Below are positions 21,692-32,378 of a stretch of 64,000 nt of DNA, in pieces. The DNA is from Bacteroidales bacterium (GTDB lineage: Bacteria; Bacteroidota; Bacteroidia; Bacteroidales; UBA10428), in assembly GCA_016935435.1 (NCBI GenBank), contig JAFGQZ010000060.1, forward strand, positions 31,262 through 95,261. Reading direction: 5' to 3'. The notes beneath the pieces are model-generated. The model was not told where the DNA came from. It did no database searches and worked only from the letters and a program-made list of their open reading frames with translations. Position numbers and translations under genes: made by a program. Positions within the stretch are counted from its first letter, which is position 1, and every line of letters begins with the position of its first letter.

Positions 21692-24083
21692 ACCGGGCAT
21701 TTTGTTCTATGGCGCTTTGGCTGAAAAATTCGTAATGATATTCCCCGTTAACAAATTGTTCCGATTGATCGAGGTAAAACCTGCTTTTAATAGCCCCCGA
21801 GTTGCCGGTAGGTATTATCGAAAGTGTCGAGTCCCAGTTGTGAAGTGTGAAAATATGCCTGTGCGATGCGCCGTGTTCGACTTTCGAAGGCTGGCCGGCA
21901 GCATATCCGTAGGGCGATACAGTATGAAAACTCCCGCTTACGGCAAAGGGCCCCCTGTTGAGTTTAAACAATATGCCCAGAATTTTCTTTTGCGATAACG
22001 GGTGGCTAAATGTAATCTGGTGAATGTTTCCCCATTTCCATTTTTTTAACTTTGGCGAAAACTTATCTGTAAGGTTTGCTATGGCGCTGGCATAAGCCTG
22101 GCCAACAAGCAGGGCAAAATTTTCTGTTTCCGTTGTTGTAACATTGTCAACCCATGGCGATGCAGGGTTTTCCAAAACATTGTACAAGGCGAAACGGCTT
22201 ATTTTGTTGGAACGGAATGTAGGATAGATTTCTTCTCCCAGCTCGTCTTTAAATATGCTCTCTGTAAATGTTGCAATAAATTCTTCCAAAACAGATGGCT
22301 GAACGAGGTTTTTATCCATTGAACCGTCCCAATCGGCCATCAGCCTGTAAACTTTTTTTTCTTTGGGCGACATGGCAGTACTATCGAGCAGCACAAAACA
22401 TTTATCGATAATTGTTTGGGCATATTTCGATGTATAATCGTTTTGTATGTCCTTAAAATCTTCAACAGACAACTTTGCTTTTGCTTCGAGTAACTCCCTG
22501 ATACGGTCAATACGGTATGGAATATCGTACCAAACCCCGATATGATAAGGGTATGTACTGTCGATGGTACGGTTATTTGCCGACGACACATATCCCCGCC
22601 TGGGGTTGAACTCAAAAGGAAGTTCATCGTAAGGCACCATTCCTTTCCAGTCGAACTCATCGGTATCGCCGGGCAGGATACGGTAAATGGCATCGCGTTT
22701 TCTAACAGGTACCCCTGCACAGGCGCGAAGGCCTATGTTCCCGTTAATGTCGCCATAAACAATGTTTTGGCTTACCGAACGGAAATTTCTGAAAGCTTCG
22801 GTAAACCCGTTCCAGTTTGTTGCCCTGTTTGCTTTGTATATGCTGAGCAGTTCGTTGCCCGGTTCTTCACCAACCCAATGTATGGTTAGTACTTTGTCGT
22901 GTATATCTTTAAACTCCGAAACTACTGGTCCGCGGTGGTTAGTACGGAATGTTTTTTCAAATACCTGCCCGCTTTTACTTTTAATGGTTTCGTTGTGCAA
23001 CACAAAATCGTGCCATTCGCCTTTAAACCAATACTGGTTAATGTTTTCGGGGTTGATAGTTTCCTGGTAATAGTCGAGGTTGTCAACATAGGTATTGGTC
23101 ATTCCCCAGGCAATGCTGTCGTTATGACCTACAACAATCAGAGGTTGTCCGGGCAGTGCCAGGCCCGAAACGTTAAGTTTCCCCTTCACAACCTGGTGCA
23201 TCTGCATCCAGATACCGGGAACACTGAACGAGAGGTGCATGTCGTTGGCAACCAATGGCATGCCGGTAAAACTTTTGTTGCCTGATACAGCCCAATTGTT
23301 GCTCCCGCATAAAATATCGAGACCGAGTTTTTCCAGTTTTTCCAGTTCAAGAATCCGGTTGTGTACCATAAGAGGGTTTGCCTTGCTGTCGAAAACGGTT
23401 GATTTATACCGTTCGACATGTGGCAGCAGTTCGCTATACCGGGCGCTGTCGATAAGTGGTTTTATATTTTCGAGTAGTAGTTCGTTCCATCCGGCTTTTA
23501 GGTCCCAGGCCATAAAGCCGATAAGGTTAACAGAGTGACAGGGCTCCCATGCATCGGGTTTATAGCCCAGCAACAAAAATTCGAACGGCAAACTATTTTT
23601 ATTTGCGGCTATATACTGGTTTACACCATCGGAAAAAGCCTCAACGGCAGCAACAAGCTCAGCCGGGGAATTTTGGAGTATTTGCTTCGACTTTTCTGTA
23701 TGCCTTAACGAGCGCATAAGCAAATCGGTTTCGACATAACTGTCGCCAAAAATTTCAGAAAGCCTTCCAAGTGTTACCCTGCGGAGCAGATCCATCTGCC
23801 ATATACGGTCCTGGGCCATAACATAACCAGTGGCGCGGTACAAGTCGGCCTCGTTTTCTGCAAAAATATGGGGCGTGCCATATTCGTCGCGAATTACCCT
23901 AACTTCTGCTGTTAGACCTTTAATGCCGATGGTGGCATTATAATCGGGCAAACCCCTGCGTGCTATTGTGCGCACTAGTATAAATGCTATAACCAGGAGT
24001 AATGCCAGAACAATTATGAACCATTTCAGAAATTTTCTCCATAAATTTTTCTTGATTGCCGGGTTTGAGTTTTTGCCTGCCAT
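21663..24083 (-). CDS. Penicillin-acylase-family Ntn hydrolase (possible acyl-homoserine-lactone or beta-lactam acylase)
   Basis: About 806 aa from MAGKNSNP.... N-terminal TM/signal anchor. The GSNNWAVSG motif contains the Ntn nucleophile Ser. The track ORF's 35-codon N-terminal extension overlaps the upstream gene, so it was trimmed. Confidence 0.88.
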
Positions 24084-24093
24084 AGTTGTTGTT

Positions 24094-25974
24094 TTATCGT
24101 TTGTAGGTGTTGTTTTCAGGGGTTTTGTCGGGTATGAAGGGGCTTCCAAGGCGAATAAGCTGGTATTTGGCAGCACTGCCAACAACAATTGTTACCTGCC
24201 GGTTGCTGTTTTTCCAGATATCGGCTTTTTGCGATGTGCTTATGGTGCTTCCATCAGCGAGTTCAACAGAAATCTCGACCGGCACTGGCAGGCCACCAAT
24301 ATTGGCAATGGTTACTTCGATGTTTTCACCGTTTTGGCTAACTTTTTCAATTCCCAGATCGACCCATGCTTGTTCAAAAAACCAGGGGTTAATGAGCCAA
24401 TAAAGGTTTTCGCCTGCAAAATGTTCGAGCGCAAAAATAAAATCGTAACCAGTGGGGTGCTTGCCTTTCCAGTTGTTGGCAAAACTTGCGATAAAGTTTC
24501 TGAAAATTTCACTGCCCAGGTAGTTTTCGATCATAAACAAGGCCATAGTCGATTTATAATATGCCTGGTGATAGTAACTATAACCCCTGGTATTTGATGA
24601 AGGGGCCATAAGGGGGACCTCTGTGCCGGAGCCTGCAAAGTCGGAATATAATTTACATACCATAGGGAGTTGAAAATAATTGCCGCCAAGGTAACTTTCT
24701 GTCCCCATGGGTATATAACTTGTAAGGCCTTCGTCCATCCAGGCGTATGTGCGTTCGTTTAAGCCCGTAAGAAACGGAAAATATCCATGGAACAACTCGT
24801 GCATGGCAATAAAGTTGCATTCTTCCTGGCCGGGGCACCGCTGGTTAACCATCATGGGAAATTCCATGCCGCCATCGCCGTTAAATATGGTAACCTGCCC
24901 AAACGGATAGGGTATCTTAATGGACTGTTTCACAAAGTGGCCTATCGATTTTGCACCGATTTCGGAAATTGTGGCAAATTCCCTGTTTTCCTCGGGATAA
25001 ACGGCATAAACAACTGTGCGTGAACTGTCGGTTAAATTTGAGGTTACCGAAGTTGCATCGCAAAGGTAATTGTCGGAAACGGCAAAGGCAAAATCGGTTA
25101 TGTTTTCTGCCTTAAAACAGAAGGTTGTGGCCCGTTTTTTCTTAAAAACCATATTGTTTTGCCAGTCGTCGGCGGTAATTACATGAACAGTTTCATCGGC
25201 AATGGCAGCTTGCCCTATTTTCTTTATAATTTTTTCTGAAACAATATCTTCCGGGTTTGTCCATAGGCCGGTTGCCCATACCATGTGCCCGGACGGTACG
25301 CTTATTTCAACCTGGTAATTATTAAAATTGTTGTAAAATTCGCAGGTGCCGGTATAGTCAAGTAAATCCCATCCGTCAATATCGTCGTAAACAGCAATTT
25401 GCGGGTACCAATATGCAACAAACCAGTCCGATGGGCCATAATTTCCAAAACGGTGGATATGCCCTGCCGGAATTTTTGTTTCCCACTCAATTTGAAGGTT
25501 TACAGAGCCCTGGGGTATTAAGTATTGGTTTAGGCCAACAACCATGTTTGTGCCGGAGCGGTTTAAATAAAAACTGTTGTTTGATACGTACTGGTTGCCA
25601 TCAATAACAAGCGATTTTATTTTTACTCCATTTGTAATATATCCGTCAGGTAAATCCTCATCGCGCAGGTTACCTCTTTTAAGTATATCGTGGTAAAGGC
25701 GTATTACCAAATAATAAAGCGAATCGGGGCTGTTATTATAGTATATAATTTCCCCTTTTCCTTTTAAAAGCCCTTTTGTGGCATCGAAGGATACCTGTAA
25801 TTTATAATCGGCCGAATTTTGAAAATAATTCTTTCCGGGGTTGCCGTAATAATCGCGCGAACCTTTGGTATATGCTTCCTTTAGGTTGTAAGGCAAATAA
25901 TACTCCTGGGCAGTGCCGGTGTTTAGGCCAAAGGTGCAGGCAAACCCTAAGATGAGAATAAAACATTTATTCAT
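24094..25974 (-). CDS. Peptidase M1 family (gluzincin aminopeptidase-like), secreted
   Basis: Signal peptide from MNKCFILILGFAC. HELFH followed 18 residues later by E (AWMDEG) gives the HEXXH-X18-E signature. Confidence 0.8.
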   Translation of the reverse strand: MNKCFILILGFACTFGLNTGTAQEYYLPYNLKEAYTKGSRDYYGNPGKNYFQNSADYKLQVSFDATKGLLKGKGEIIYYNNSPDSLYYLVIRLYHDILKRGNLRDEDLPDGYITNGVKIKSLVIDGNQYVSNNSFYLNRSGTNMVVGLNQYLIPQGSVNLQIEWETKIPAGHIHRFGNYGPSDWFVAYWYPQIAVYDDIDGWDLLDYTGTCEFYNNFNNYQVEISVPSGHMVWATGLWTNPEDIVSEKIIKKIGQAAIADETVHVITADDWQNNMVFKKKRATTFCFKAENITDFAFAVSDNYLCDATSVTSNLTDSSRTVVYAVYPEENREFATISEIGAKSIGHFVKQSIKIPYPFGQVTIFNGDGGMEFPMMVNQRCPGQEECNFIAMHELFHGYFPFLTGLNERTYAWMDEGLTSYIPMGTESYLGGNYFQLPMVCKLYSDFAGSGTEVPLMAPSSNTRGYSYYHQAYYKSTMALFMIENYLGSEIFRNFIASFANNWKGKHPTGYDFIFALEHFAGENLYWLINPWFFEQAWVDLGIEKVSQNGENIEVTIANIGGLPVPVEISVELADGSTISTSQKADIWKNSNRQVTIVVGSAAKYQLIRLGSPFIPDKTPENNTYKR

Positions 25975-26023
25975 AACCTTTATGCTATCATTTATTAATA
26001 GTTTTTCCAATAGCATGAAAGTA

Positions 26024-27076
26024 TCATTGTTTTAACCTGAACTTTATCATTACAGGTTGGTGATCGGAATGTGAAAAGCCGGTAGAAAAGGTTTTACATT
26101 CCAATATTTCGATACCGGGCGAAACCAGGAAAAAATCGATAAGTGTTACCGGGCAGGAGCCTTTTTCGTATGCAGTAACCACCCTGCGGTTTGTCGGTTG
26201 GGTGCTGTCGTAGCCCCATTTCCAGGTGTCTGGCATATAGTTTTTGTCGATATAGTGTAAGTTAACCGTATCGAAAACATGTCCGTCGAAACGGGGCATA
26301 AACCCCGGGGGGCACTCGTTCCAGTCGCCGCCTATAAGCAGGTGGTTCCCTTTGCCTGCCTCACTTTCGATAAATGTTTTAAGATATTCTTTTTGCTTGT
26401 CCCTGAGTGTGCCATCGTCGTAGGCCGAATTATGGGTGTTAATTATAAGAAGTTCGTTGCCAGCTTCGAGTCTGTACCTGTTTACCAAAAAGCACCTGTC
26501 GAGCATAAAAGAGCTCTTAGGCCAGCTGTAATTGCCGGGGAATGAAAAGCGTACCGAACTTTGTGGAACGTGTTTCGAAAGGGTCAATAAGCCCGACTCA
26601 ACCCTTCCCATTGGCCGCAAAAGGGGAAGGGGCACAAACTTTGCATTATAATTCAGTGCAAAAAACGGAAAGTACCCGGCAAGGGCCATATTTAAGTGTT
26701 CCACCTGATTAATATGGTAACTGCGGCGCGATTTTTTATCGACTTCCTGCAGCAGCATAAAATCGACTGTATCGACCAGTTGTAACCAGCTTGTGATATG
26801 GAAAAGGTTTCTGCGGGTGTTTTCTTCAGTATCGCGCACCTTTGTGCCCCCGTCGTAAAAGAAGTCCATGTTCGCCCCCAGGCCGCAGTATCCTATGTTG
26901 TATATTAAGGCTGAATATTCAGCAGTACCGCTTATGGCAAATCCGTCTTCCATGCTGCTAATGGTTGTGTTTTCATCGGGTTTAAAATTGGTAATTGTTC
27001 CAAATAGAATTACCGAAGCCAGGTATATTGCGGGCAATGCAATAACTATGGCCAGATATCGGAATATGGTTTTCAT
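26024..27076 (-). CDS. Endonuclease/exonuclease/phosphatase (EEP) family protein with N-terminal membrane anchor
   Basis: 350 aa. N-terminal TM; LLQEVD, INTHNSAYDDG, GGDWN and the C-terminal SDHQPV motif typical of EEP enzymes. Confidence 0.8.
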   Translation of the reverse strand: MKTIFRYLAIVIALPAIYLASVILFGTITNFKPDENTTISSMEDGFAISGTAEYSALIYNIGYCGLGANMDFFYDGGTKVRDTEENTRRNLFHITSWLQLVDTVDFMLLQEVDKKSRRSYHINQVEHLNMALAGYFPFFALNYNAKFVPLPLLRPMGRVESGLLTLSKHVPQSSVRFSFPGNYSWPKSSFMLDRCFLVNRYRLEAGNELLIINTHNSAYDDGTLRDKQKEYLKTFIESEAGKGNHLLIGGDWNECPPGFMPRFDGHVFDTVNLHYIDKNYMPDTWKWGYDSTQPTNRRVVTAYEKGSCPVTLIDFFLVSPGIEILECKTFSTGFSHSDHQPVMIKFRLKQ

Positions 27077-27082
27077 AACAGC

Positions 27083-27397
27083 TTAGTTTAATGTTTGTAA
27101 AACCCGGGCCCCGCGGTTCTCTATTTCGGACGAAAGTTGCCCCGAAGTAACCTTATCGGACGAAAGTTTAAAGGTTACTGTTGAATCGGCTTTGCTGATG
27201 GCCATTTCCTCTATGCCTTCAATGGTAAAAATCATTTTCCACACCGAATCGGAAACAACAGTGTCGTTCAGGCCGGTAACTTTGTATTTGTAAACAAAAA
27301 GCTGCTCGGCAACAGGGGGGGCACTGGTTTGCTGGTTCGTGTCTTTGCAATTCGACAATATAAAAACTAAAACGGATAAAAGAAAAAGCTGTTTCAT
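27083..27397 (-). CDS. Small lipoprotein, HMA-like fold without metal-binding cysteines (hypothetical)
   Basis: 104 aa. Lipobox ILSNC. Beta-alpha-beta-like pattern YKVTGLNDTV...IEGIEEMAISKADSTVTFKL, with no CxxC. Confidence 0.6.
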   Translation of the reverse strand: MKQLFLLSVLVFILSNCKDTNQQTSAPPVAEQLFVYKYKVTGLNDTVVSDSVWKMIFTIEGIEEMAISKADSTVTFKLSSDKVTSGQLSSEIENRGARVLQTLN

Positions 27398-27529
27398 TGC
27401 TATTACAGGTTATTTTTTACGCAAGATACTTCTTTATAAACAAAATGCCTTAGCCCAAAATAGATATTTGAAGGCTGCAAAAAATAAAATTAAGCCCTTT
27501 CAAAAAAGCAGATATAAAAATGGGACATA

Positions 27530-29572
27530 TTATGGTTTGTTGTAACCCTCGTTTATGTTTTTATGGGTATTTTGGCTTAGGTTCATCCTTACAAAATAGT
27601 CCATACAAAAACTGTTGGCACGAACTATATCATAAAGCCTGTCGAGTTTTTGGCTGTTGGCAGGCGGTTCCAACAAGGCTTTACCGGGCACCCATTGATA
27701 TCGTAGATTTGTAATGGTGTTTACGGCGCCTGTTTGGTCTATTCCCAGGCTGTAATTGTTAACTGCATAAAAATAAACCGATGTGTCGGCCGATAATAAA
27801 TTGTTCCCTGTATGAAGGTATTCTGCACCCGAAAGGCTTAAATTGTATAATGTTGGGAATATATCCTTATGTGAACCAAACCTTTCTGTATCGATGATTG
27901 AATTACCGAGATATTTTTCAGGAACATATAATATTAGCGGCACACCATAATGGTTTAACTGTTCTGCATCTGAATACTCAAACAGGTTCCGACAATTATG
28001 ATCGCCTGTTATGGCAATTATAGTATTCTTCCCAAATTCCGATTCGCGAATTTTCTTTATTAGTAAACCCAGGTAATGGTTTGAATACTGATAATTTCTA
28101 AAACATTCCCATGTATATTCTTTCGATTCCTTAACAATTCCCATTATGCTGTCGGACAATTCCAAGGGGAAAGGCTTGTATTTGGCAGGCACTTCGTAAG
28201 GTGTGTGGTTTGTAACCGTAAACCCAAAGATAAAGGTTGGTCGCCCGGCTTTTGAATAATGGGTGAGTTGATCGAAAACCCTTTCGAACAGAAACTCATC
28301 AAAAACCTCCCAGGTACCTTCTTTAGCCGAATCGATTTCGCTAATAAGGGTTTCACGCCCTTCTATCTTGTCGAAGTATTGTTTTCCTGCCCAGGGGCCA
28401 AGATTTCTCCAGTTTAATTTCGAACCTGTTAAAAAAAGGGTAGAGTAATTGTTCTGTTTAAAAGGCAGTGCAGCAGCCGATTTGAGTGGTATAGTGTTAT
28501 ATTGTGACTGCGAAACCGGGGTTGTTGGTGTATTCGCCAGCAAACCTTCGAAACTATGAATTGTTCCATTGGCACACGACAGAAAATTCCTATAGAGCGA
28601 ACAATATTTCAATTGGTTTTCCAGTTCGCCAAGCAGGTTAAAAGATTGCGAGTGAAGGCTTAAAAAATGGAGGCTAAAACTTTCCATTAAAATAAAAATT
28701 ACATTTGGAGGGCTGCTTATTAGAAAATCGTTTTTGGGAGTTACTGTCAACAAACAATTTATGTCTGGTAAAGTGTCGCTAGAGTTTATTAGCCTGATAG
28801 CTTCTTCGGGAGCATTGAACTTATATTTCTTCAGTATCGGTTCTATATTGCAAGTTATCTTATAACGACTCCTATCGGCAATTGTTTCTTTTAGGTAAAA
28901 TACTGGGTTGGGTGTAATATCGTTAATAGAGTTGTCGTTACAGATTATCATATCGTCTTTGCCAACCGGAAAAGTGCCCAGCGAACCACGCATTCCTATT
29001 CCAAATAAAGCTATAAAACCGATAACAAATAGCAGCTTCGGCGAAATTCTTTTTGTATTAAGTATAAAATCCTTTTTTATAATATTTTTAGTAAGTTGCC
29101 TTATGCCTATAAAGGCTATAATAATAAACAAAGCTATTGGTATTACCGGATAATCTTTCCATATAGAATCCAATACAGCCTTTGTGTCGTCTTCAACAAT
29201 TCCAAAGAACATGCTGTCGAAATGATTATGAAAAAACCTATAGTAGTAAAAGTCGATAGTTAGAAGTATAACAACTAATGTAAGGCTTATTTGTATGTAC
29301 AATGAAGTTGTATAAGTATAAAAAGTATCATACCATGTTTTTTTGTTCAAAAACAAATATGGCAGGTTCAACATTAATACAAACGAAAGTAAATAAGAAG
29401 TAACAATGCTATCGAACTTAAACCCTGTTGTGTAAGCTTTTATCAGGTTCCCGTAATTGTTGAAATTGGCGTAGGCAACAAGTCCGATAGACCTATAAAC
29501 CATAAAAAGAAAAAGAAAAATAAGATAAAACTTAAAGATTAGGGTTGCGTTGGAAATAAAACGGTCGAACAT
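27530..29572 (-). CDS. LtaS/MdoB-like membrane sulfatase-fold transferase (phosphoglycerol/phosphoethanolamine transferase family)
   Basis: 680 aa. Five N-terminal TM helices, then an alkaline-phosphatase/sulfatase-fold domain (IFILMESFS, TNHTPY, AITGDHN). Confidence 0.83.
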   Translation of the reverse strand: MFDRFISNATLIFKFYLIFLFLFMVYRSIGLVAYANFNNYGNLIKAYTTGFKFDSIVTSYLLSFVLMLNLPYLFLNKKTWYDTFYTYTTSLYIQISLTLVVILLTIDFYYYRFFHNHFDSMFFGIVEDDTKAVLDSIWKDYPVIPIALFIIIAFIGIRQLTKNIIKKDFILNTKRISPKLLFVIGFIALFGIGMRGSLGTFPVGKDDMIICNDNSINDITPNPVFYLKETIADRSRYKITCNIEPILKKYKFNAPEEAIRLINSSDTLPDINCLLTVTPKNDFLISSPPNVIFILMESFSLHFLSLHSQSFNLLGELENQLKYCSLYRNFLSCANGTIHSFEGLLANTPTTPVSQSQYNTIPLKSAAALPFKQNNYSTLFLTGSKLNWRNLGPWAGKQYFDKIEGRETLISEIDSAKEGTWEVFDEFLFERVFDQLTHYSKAGRPTFIFGFTVTNHTPYEVPAKYKPFPLELSDSIMGIVKESKEYTWECFRNYQYSNHYLGLLIKKIRESEFGKNTIIAITGDHNCRNLFEYSDAEQLNHYGVPLILYVPEKYLGNSIIDTERFGSHKDIFPTLYNLSLSGAEYLHTGNNLLSADTSVYFYAVNNYSLGIDQTGAVNTITNLRYQWVPGKALLEPPANSQKLDRLYDIVRANSFCMDYFVRMNLSQNTHKNINEGYNKP

Positions 29573-29784
29573 TTATTTTTTTTGTTGAATAGTTTGCTGT
29601 TGGTATTTTGGTATGCAAATTTATAATTATTTAACATGAATTTAATAATTGGGTAATATTACATTTTTTTTAATTCAGCTAAAGCTATAAACTTTGATAA
29701 ACAATTACTATTAGTTAATCTGTAAGCCCTTTAGCTGCAAGAATTGCCATGAGATGGAAAACAATCTGTTTTTTCTGTAACACT

Positions 29785-29815
29785 AAAAAAGCCGCCCCGG
29801 ATGATTTCCGGGGCG
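29785..29815 (-). terminator. Strong intrinsic terminator (minus strand) with no annotated gene directly upstream
   Basis: Minus-strand reading: GTCGCCCCGGA-AATCA-TCCGGGGCGGC (11 bp including one G.U), followed by CTTTTTTAG. The core stem is at 29793-29801 / 29807-29815. Confidence 0.6.
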
Positions 29816-30060
29816 ACTAAAATTGTTCTAACTAACCCGATAAAAATACCCTTACTTTATTTTTAATTAAGTTTTGTTTAGAACAAAAACTAACTCCTAA
29901 AATTAATTCCTATGATGAATTACTCTACTACTAACAAAGCAGTGTGGTGAGCTGGTTTTCTTTCATTGGATTGTTTTTTTTGTTCTTATTATTAAATAAA
30001 TAACCCTTCAATGGGGTATTTACCCATCGTTGCAATACTAATTTTTCTGCCAGCCGGGGC

Positions 30061-30099
30061 AAAAAAAAATGCTGTACCGGTTTTTAGGCCAGGTACAGC
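30061..30099 (-). terminator. Intrinsic terminator of the GH97 gene / PUL transcript
   Basis: Stem gctgtacc (30071-30078) / ggtacagc (30092-30099), followed on the minus strand by a run of nine T (30061-69). It starts 30 bp after the GH97 stop codon. Confidence 0.72.
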
Positions 30100-30128
30100 A
30101 ATCAGGAATGCTTATTACTACTAAAAAA

Positions 30129-32129
30129 TTAATTTACAGGTTTGAAGGAAATTGCTATGCCGCCTCCGGCAGCAAGTTTTACAGGAAGCACATTTTCCGA
30201 ACCAACAATTTGTTTGTTTATCGATATGCTTAAGGGGTTACCCTGGTAATGGGCATTTTGTCCATCGGCATAAATTGTAGCCGTATATTTTCTGCCAGGC
30301 TCGAGAAACGACAGAACAATGTCGAATTCGCGGCTGTTTTCATCTGTAATGCTTCCAAGATACCAGTTGTCGGAGTATTTATCTTTGCGTACAGTGGTTA
30401 TATAATCGCCTATTTTTCCGTATAGAACACGGGTTTCTTCCCAATCGACCGGAACGTCTTTAATAAAGCTGAACGCAGGGTTTCCGGTATAATTTTCGGG
30501 TATGTCGGCCGCCATTTGAAGAGGGCTGTACAACACTACATACAAGGCCAGTTGTTTTGCCAGGGTAGTGTTTACCTGGTTATAGGGTTTTTCGGGTATA
30601 GAAATATTAAAGATGCCCGGGGTAAAGTCCATTGGCCCGGCAAGTATGCGTGTAAAGGGCAGTATTGTTTCGTGTTCGGGCGGGTTCCCGCCATCGGTTG
30701 ACCATGCATTGTACTCCTGTCCGCGGGCACCTTCGGCTGCCATAAGGTTGGGAAAAGTACGCCTGAGCCCGGTTTGTTTAATAGGTTCGTGAATGTTTAT
30801 GGCTAAATGGTTTTTGGCGGCAAGTTCGGTTGCTTTTCGGTAATGCCTTACGCCAAACTGTCCATGGTGCCATTCTTTTCTGTCCATTTTATGTCCAACA
30901 TACCCGAGCTTAACCGAACCGATATTGTGGTGCCGGTAAAACTTGTAGGCGCTGTCCATTTGGTTTTCGTAGTTTTTCACTTTTGAGCCTGTTTCGTGGT
31001 GCCCTATTATGGCTATTTTTTTCGAAGCAGCATAGCGGGTTATTTCAGCAATATCGAAATCGGGGTAAGGGGTAGTGTAATCGAAAAGGCTTGTGTCGGC
31101 CCACCACTGTGTGTCCCAGCCATAATTCCAGCCTTCGGCCAATACGGCGTCAAAGCCATTTTCGGCTGCAAAGTCGATATAGTATTTCATGTTTTTGGTG
31201 GTTGCCCCATGTTTCGGGCCCTGTGCCCATGTGTATTTATCGATATGCATGCCCCACCAGATGCCAATGTATTTGGCAGGTTTTATCCACGAAATGTCGT
31301 TGAGGGCACAAGGGTCGTTCAGGTTAAGAACGAGGTACGAGGTATTTAACCCACCGGGGGTTTCTGCAATTTGAATGGTTCTCCAGGGTGTTGTTAACGG
31401 GGCTTTACCGTAAACTTTGGTTCCATCTGCCCATGGCACAAGGTCGCATTTAAGGGTATTCCCCTCTTTGCGGTAAACAGTCATACTGGCATAATCGGTA
31501 AGGTTGGCTTCGTGCACCGAAACAAACAATCCGTTAAGGCATTCAATGGTAAGTGGCGTATGGGCTGTGTCCATTTCCGAAATTGCAGTTTTTTTATACA
31601 GGTACTCGTAGCGTTCGGGCTGGTAGGCGCCAATCCACCAGGCCGAATCGTTGCCGGCAAGGGCAAATTCGGTTTTTTCGTCGGCAATTTCTATGGAACC
31701 GATATTATGCTGTTCGGGTATAATATACCTGAAGCCTACGCCATCGTCGTAAACTTTAAAAATAATATTAAGCTTGCGTTGGAGGTTGTTTTTTTCTACG
31801 AGCATTACATCGAGCTGTGTATAGTTGTTTCGTATCTGGCGTTGTTCGCCCCAGGGTTGTTCCCAGGTTTGGTCGAATGAACTGGTATTTACCGAGGCAA
31901 CTTTGAAATTTCCATCTAAAGCAGGGATGTTATTAAACTCAAAACCGAGTTTTGATGGCAAAATTACGTTAATGCCTTGTTTTTTCACACTGTAAAGGGG
32001 CACACCATCGGCAAGTTCGAATTGTAGCGACACTTTTCCCGATGGGGAATCGATAACTTTCGAAAAATCGGGGTTGCAGGCAGAAAAGCTTAGTGGCAAT
32101 AAGGTAAAAAAATAAAAAAACTTCCTCAT
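30129..32129 (-). CDS. Glycoside hydrolase family 97 (alpha-glucosidase/alpha-galactosidase, SusB-like)
   Basis: 666 aa. Lipoprotein signal (LSFSAC). The N-terminal SPSGKVSLQFEL...GVPLYSVK pattern and overall length are typical of GH97 as I recall it. Confidence 0.85.
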   Translation of the reverse strand: MRKFFYFFTLLPLSFSACNPDFSKVIDSPSGKVSLQFELADGVPLYSVKKQGINVILPSKLGFEFNNIPALDGNFKVASVNTSSFDQTWEQPWGEQRQIRNNYTQLDVMLVEKNNLQRKLNIIFKVYDDGVGFRYIIPEQHNIGSIEIADEKTEFALAGNDSAWWIGAYQPERYEYLYKKTAISEMDTAHTPLTIECLNGLFVSVHEANLTDYASMTVYRKEGNTLKCDLVPWADGTKVYGKAPLTTPWRTIQIAETPGGLNTSYLVLNLNDPCALNDISWIKPAKYIGIWWGMHIDKYTWAQGPKHGATTKNMKYYIDFAAENGFDAVLAEGWNYGWDTQWWADTSLFDYTTPYPDFDIAEITRYAASKKIAIIGHHETGSKVKNYENQMDSAYKFYRHHNIGSVKLGYVGHKMDRKEWHHGQFGVRHYRKATELAAKNHLAINIHEPIKQTGLRRTFPNLMAAEGARGQEYNAWSTDGGNPPEHETILPFTRILAGPMDFTPGIFNISIPEKPYNQVNTTLAKQLALYVVLYSPLQMAADIPENYTGNPAFSFIKDVPVDWEETRVLYGKIGDYITTVRKDKYSDNWYLGSITDENSREFDIVLSFLEPGRKYTATIYADGQNAHYQGNPLSISINKQIVGSENVLPVKLAAGGGIAISFKPVN

Positions 32130-32378
32130 AATATTTGTGTTTATTTATGCAGAACTGCAAGCAAAAAAGTTGCTTTACAGTATCATCCGATTAATAAAGT
32201 ATTGTATTGCGAATTTACGGATTATATTATTTATGGTTGTTTGATTCTTTGCCCGTAATGCCCAATCTAGCCTGAATCGAATATGATTGCATAATATTTA
32301 ATTGAATATTAATTGGTTCTGTGGTGTGTGCCCTGCCAACTATCTAGTCTCAGGCATAAAAAAATCTAAGTTATTTTA

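Noticed and set aside
24084-24188. 35-codon N-terminal extension of the acylase ORF in the track
   Set aside because: It overlaps the 3' end of the upstream M1 peptidase gene by 95 bp. The internal Met (MAGKNSNP...) is followed by a basic stretch and a TM anchor, and leaves a 10-bp gap instead.
23968-24597. 209-aa plus-strand ORF spanning the acylase/M1 peptidase junction
   Set aside because: It overlaps two motif-supported minus-strand genes and has no recognisable features. This is a shadow ORF.
29816-30060. tRNA, tmRNA, 6S or SRP RNA in the large ORF-free gap
   Set aside because: No acceptor or T-arm (GGTTCGAATCC-like) sequence, no ALAA-type tag reading frame, and no long closing stem recognisable by eye. 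It is kept only as an unassigned sRNA candidate.
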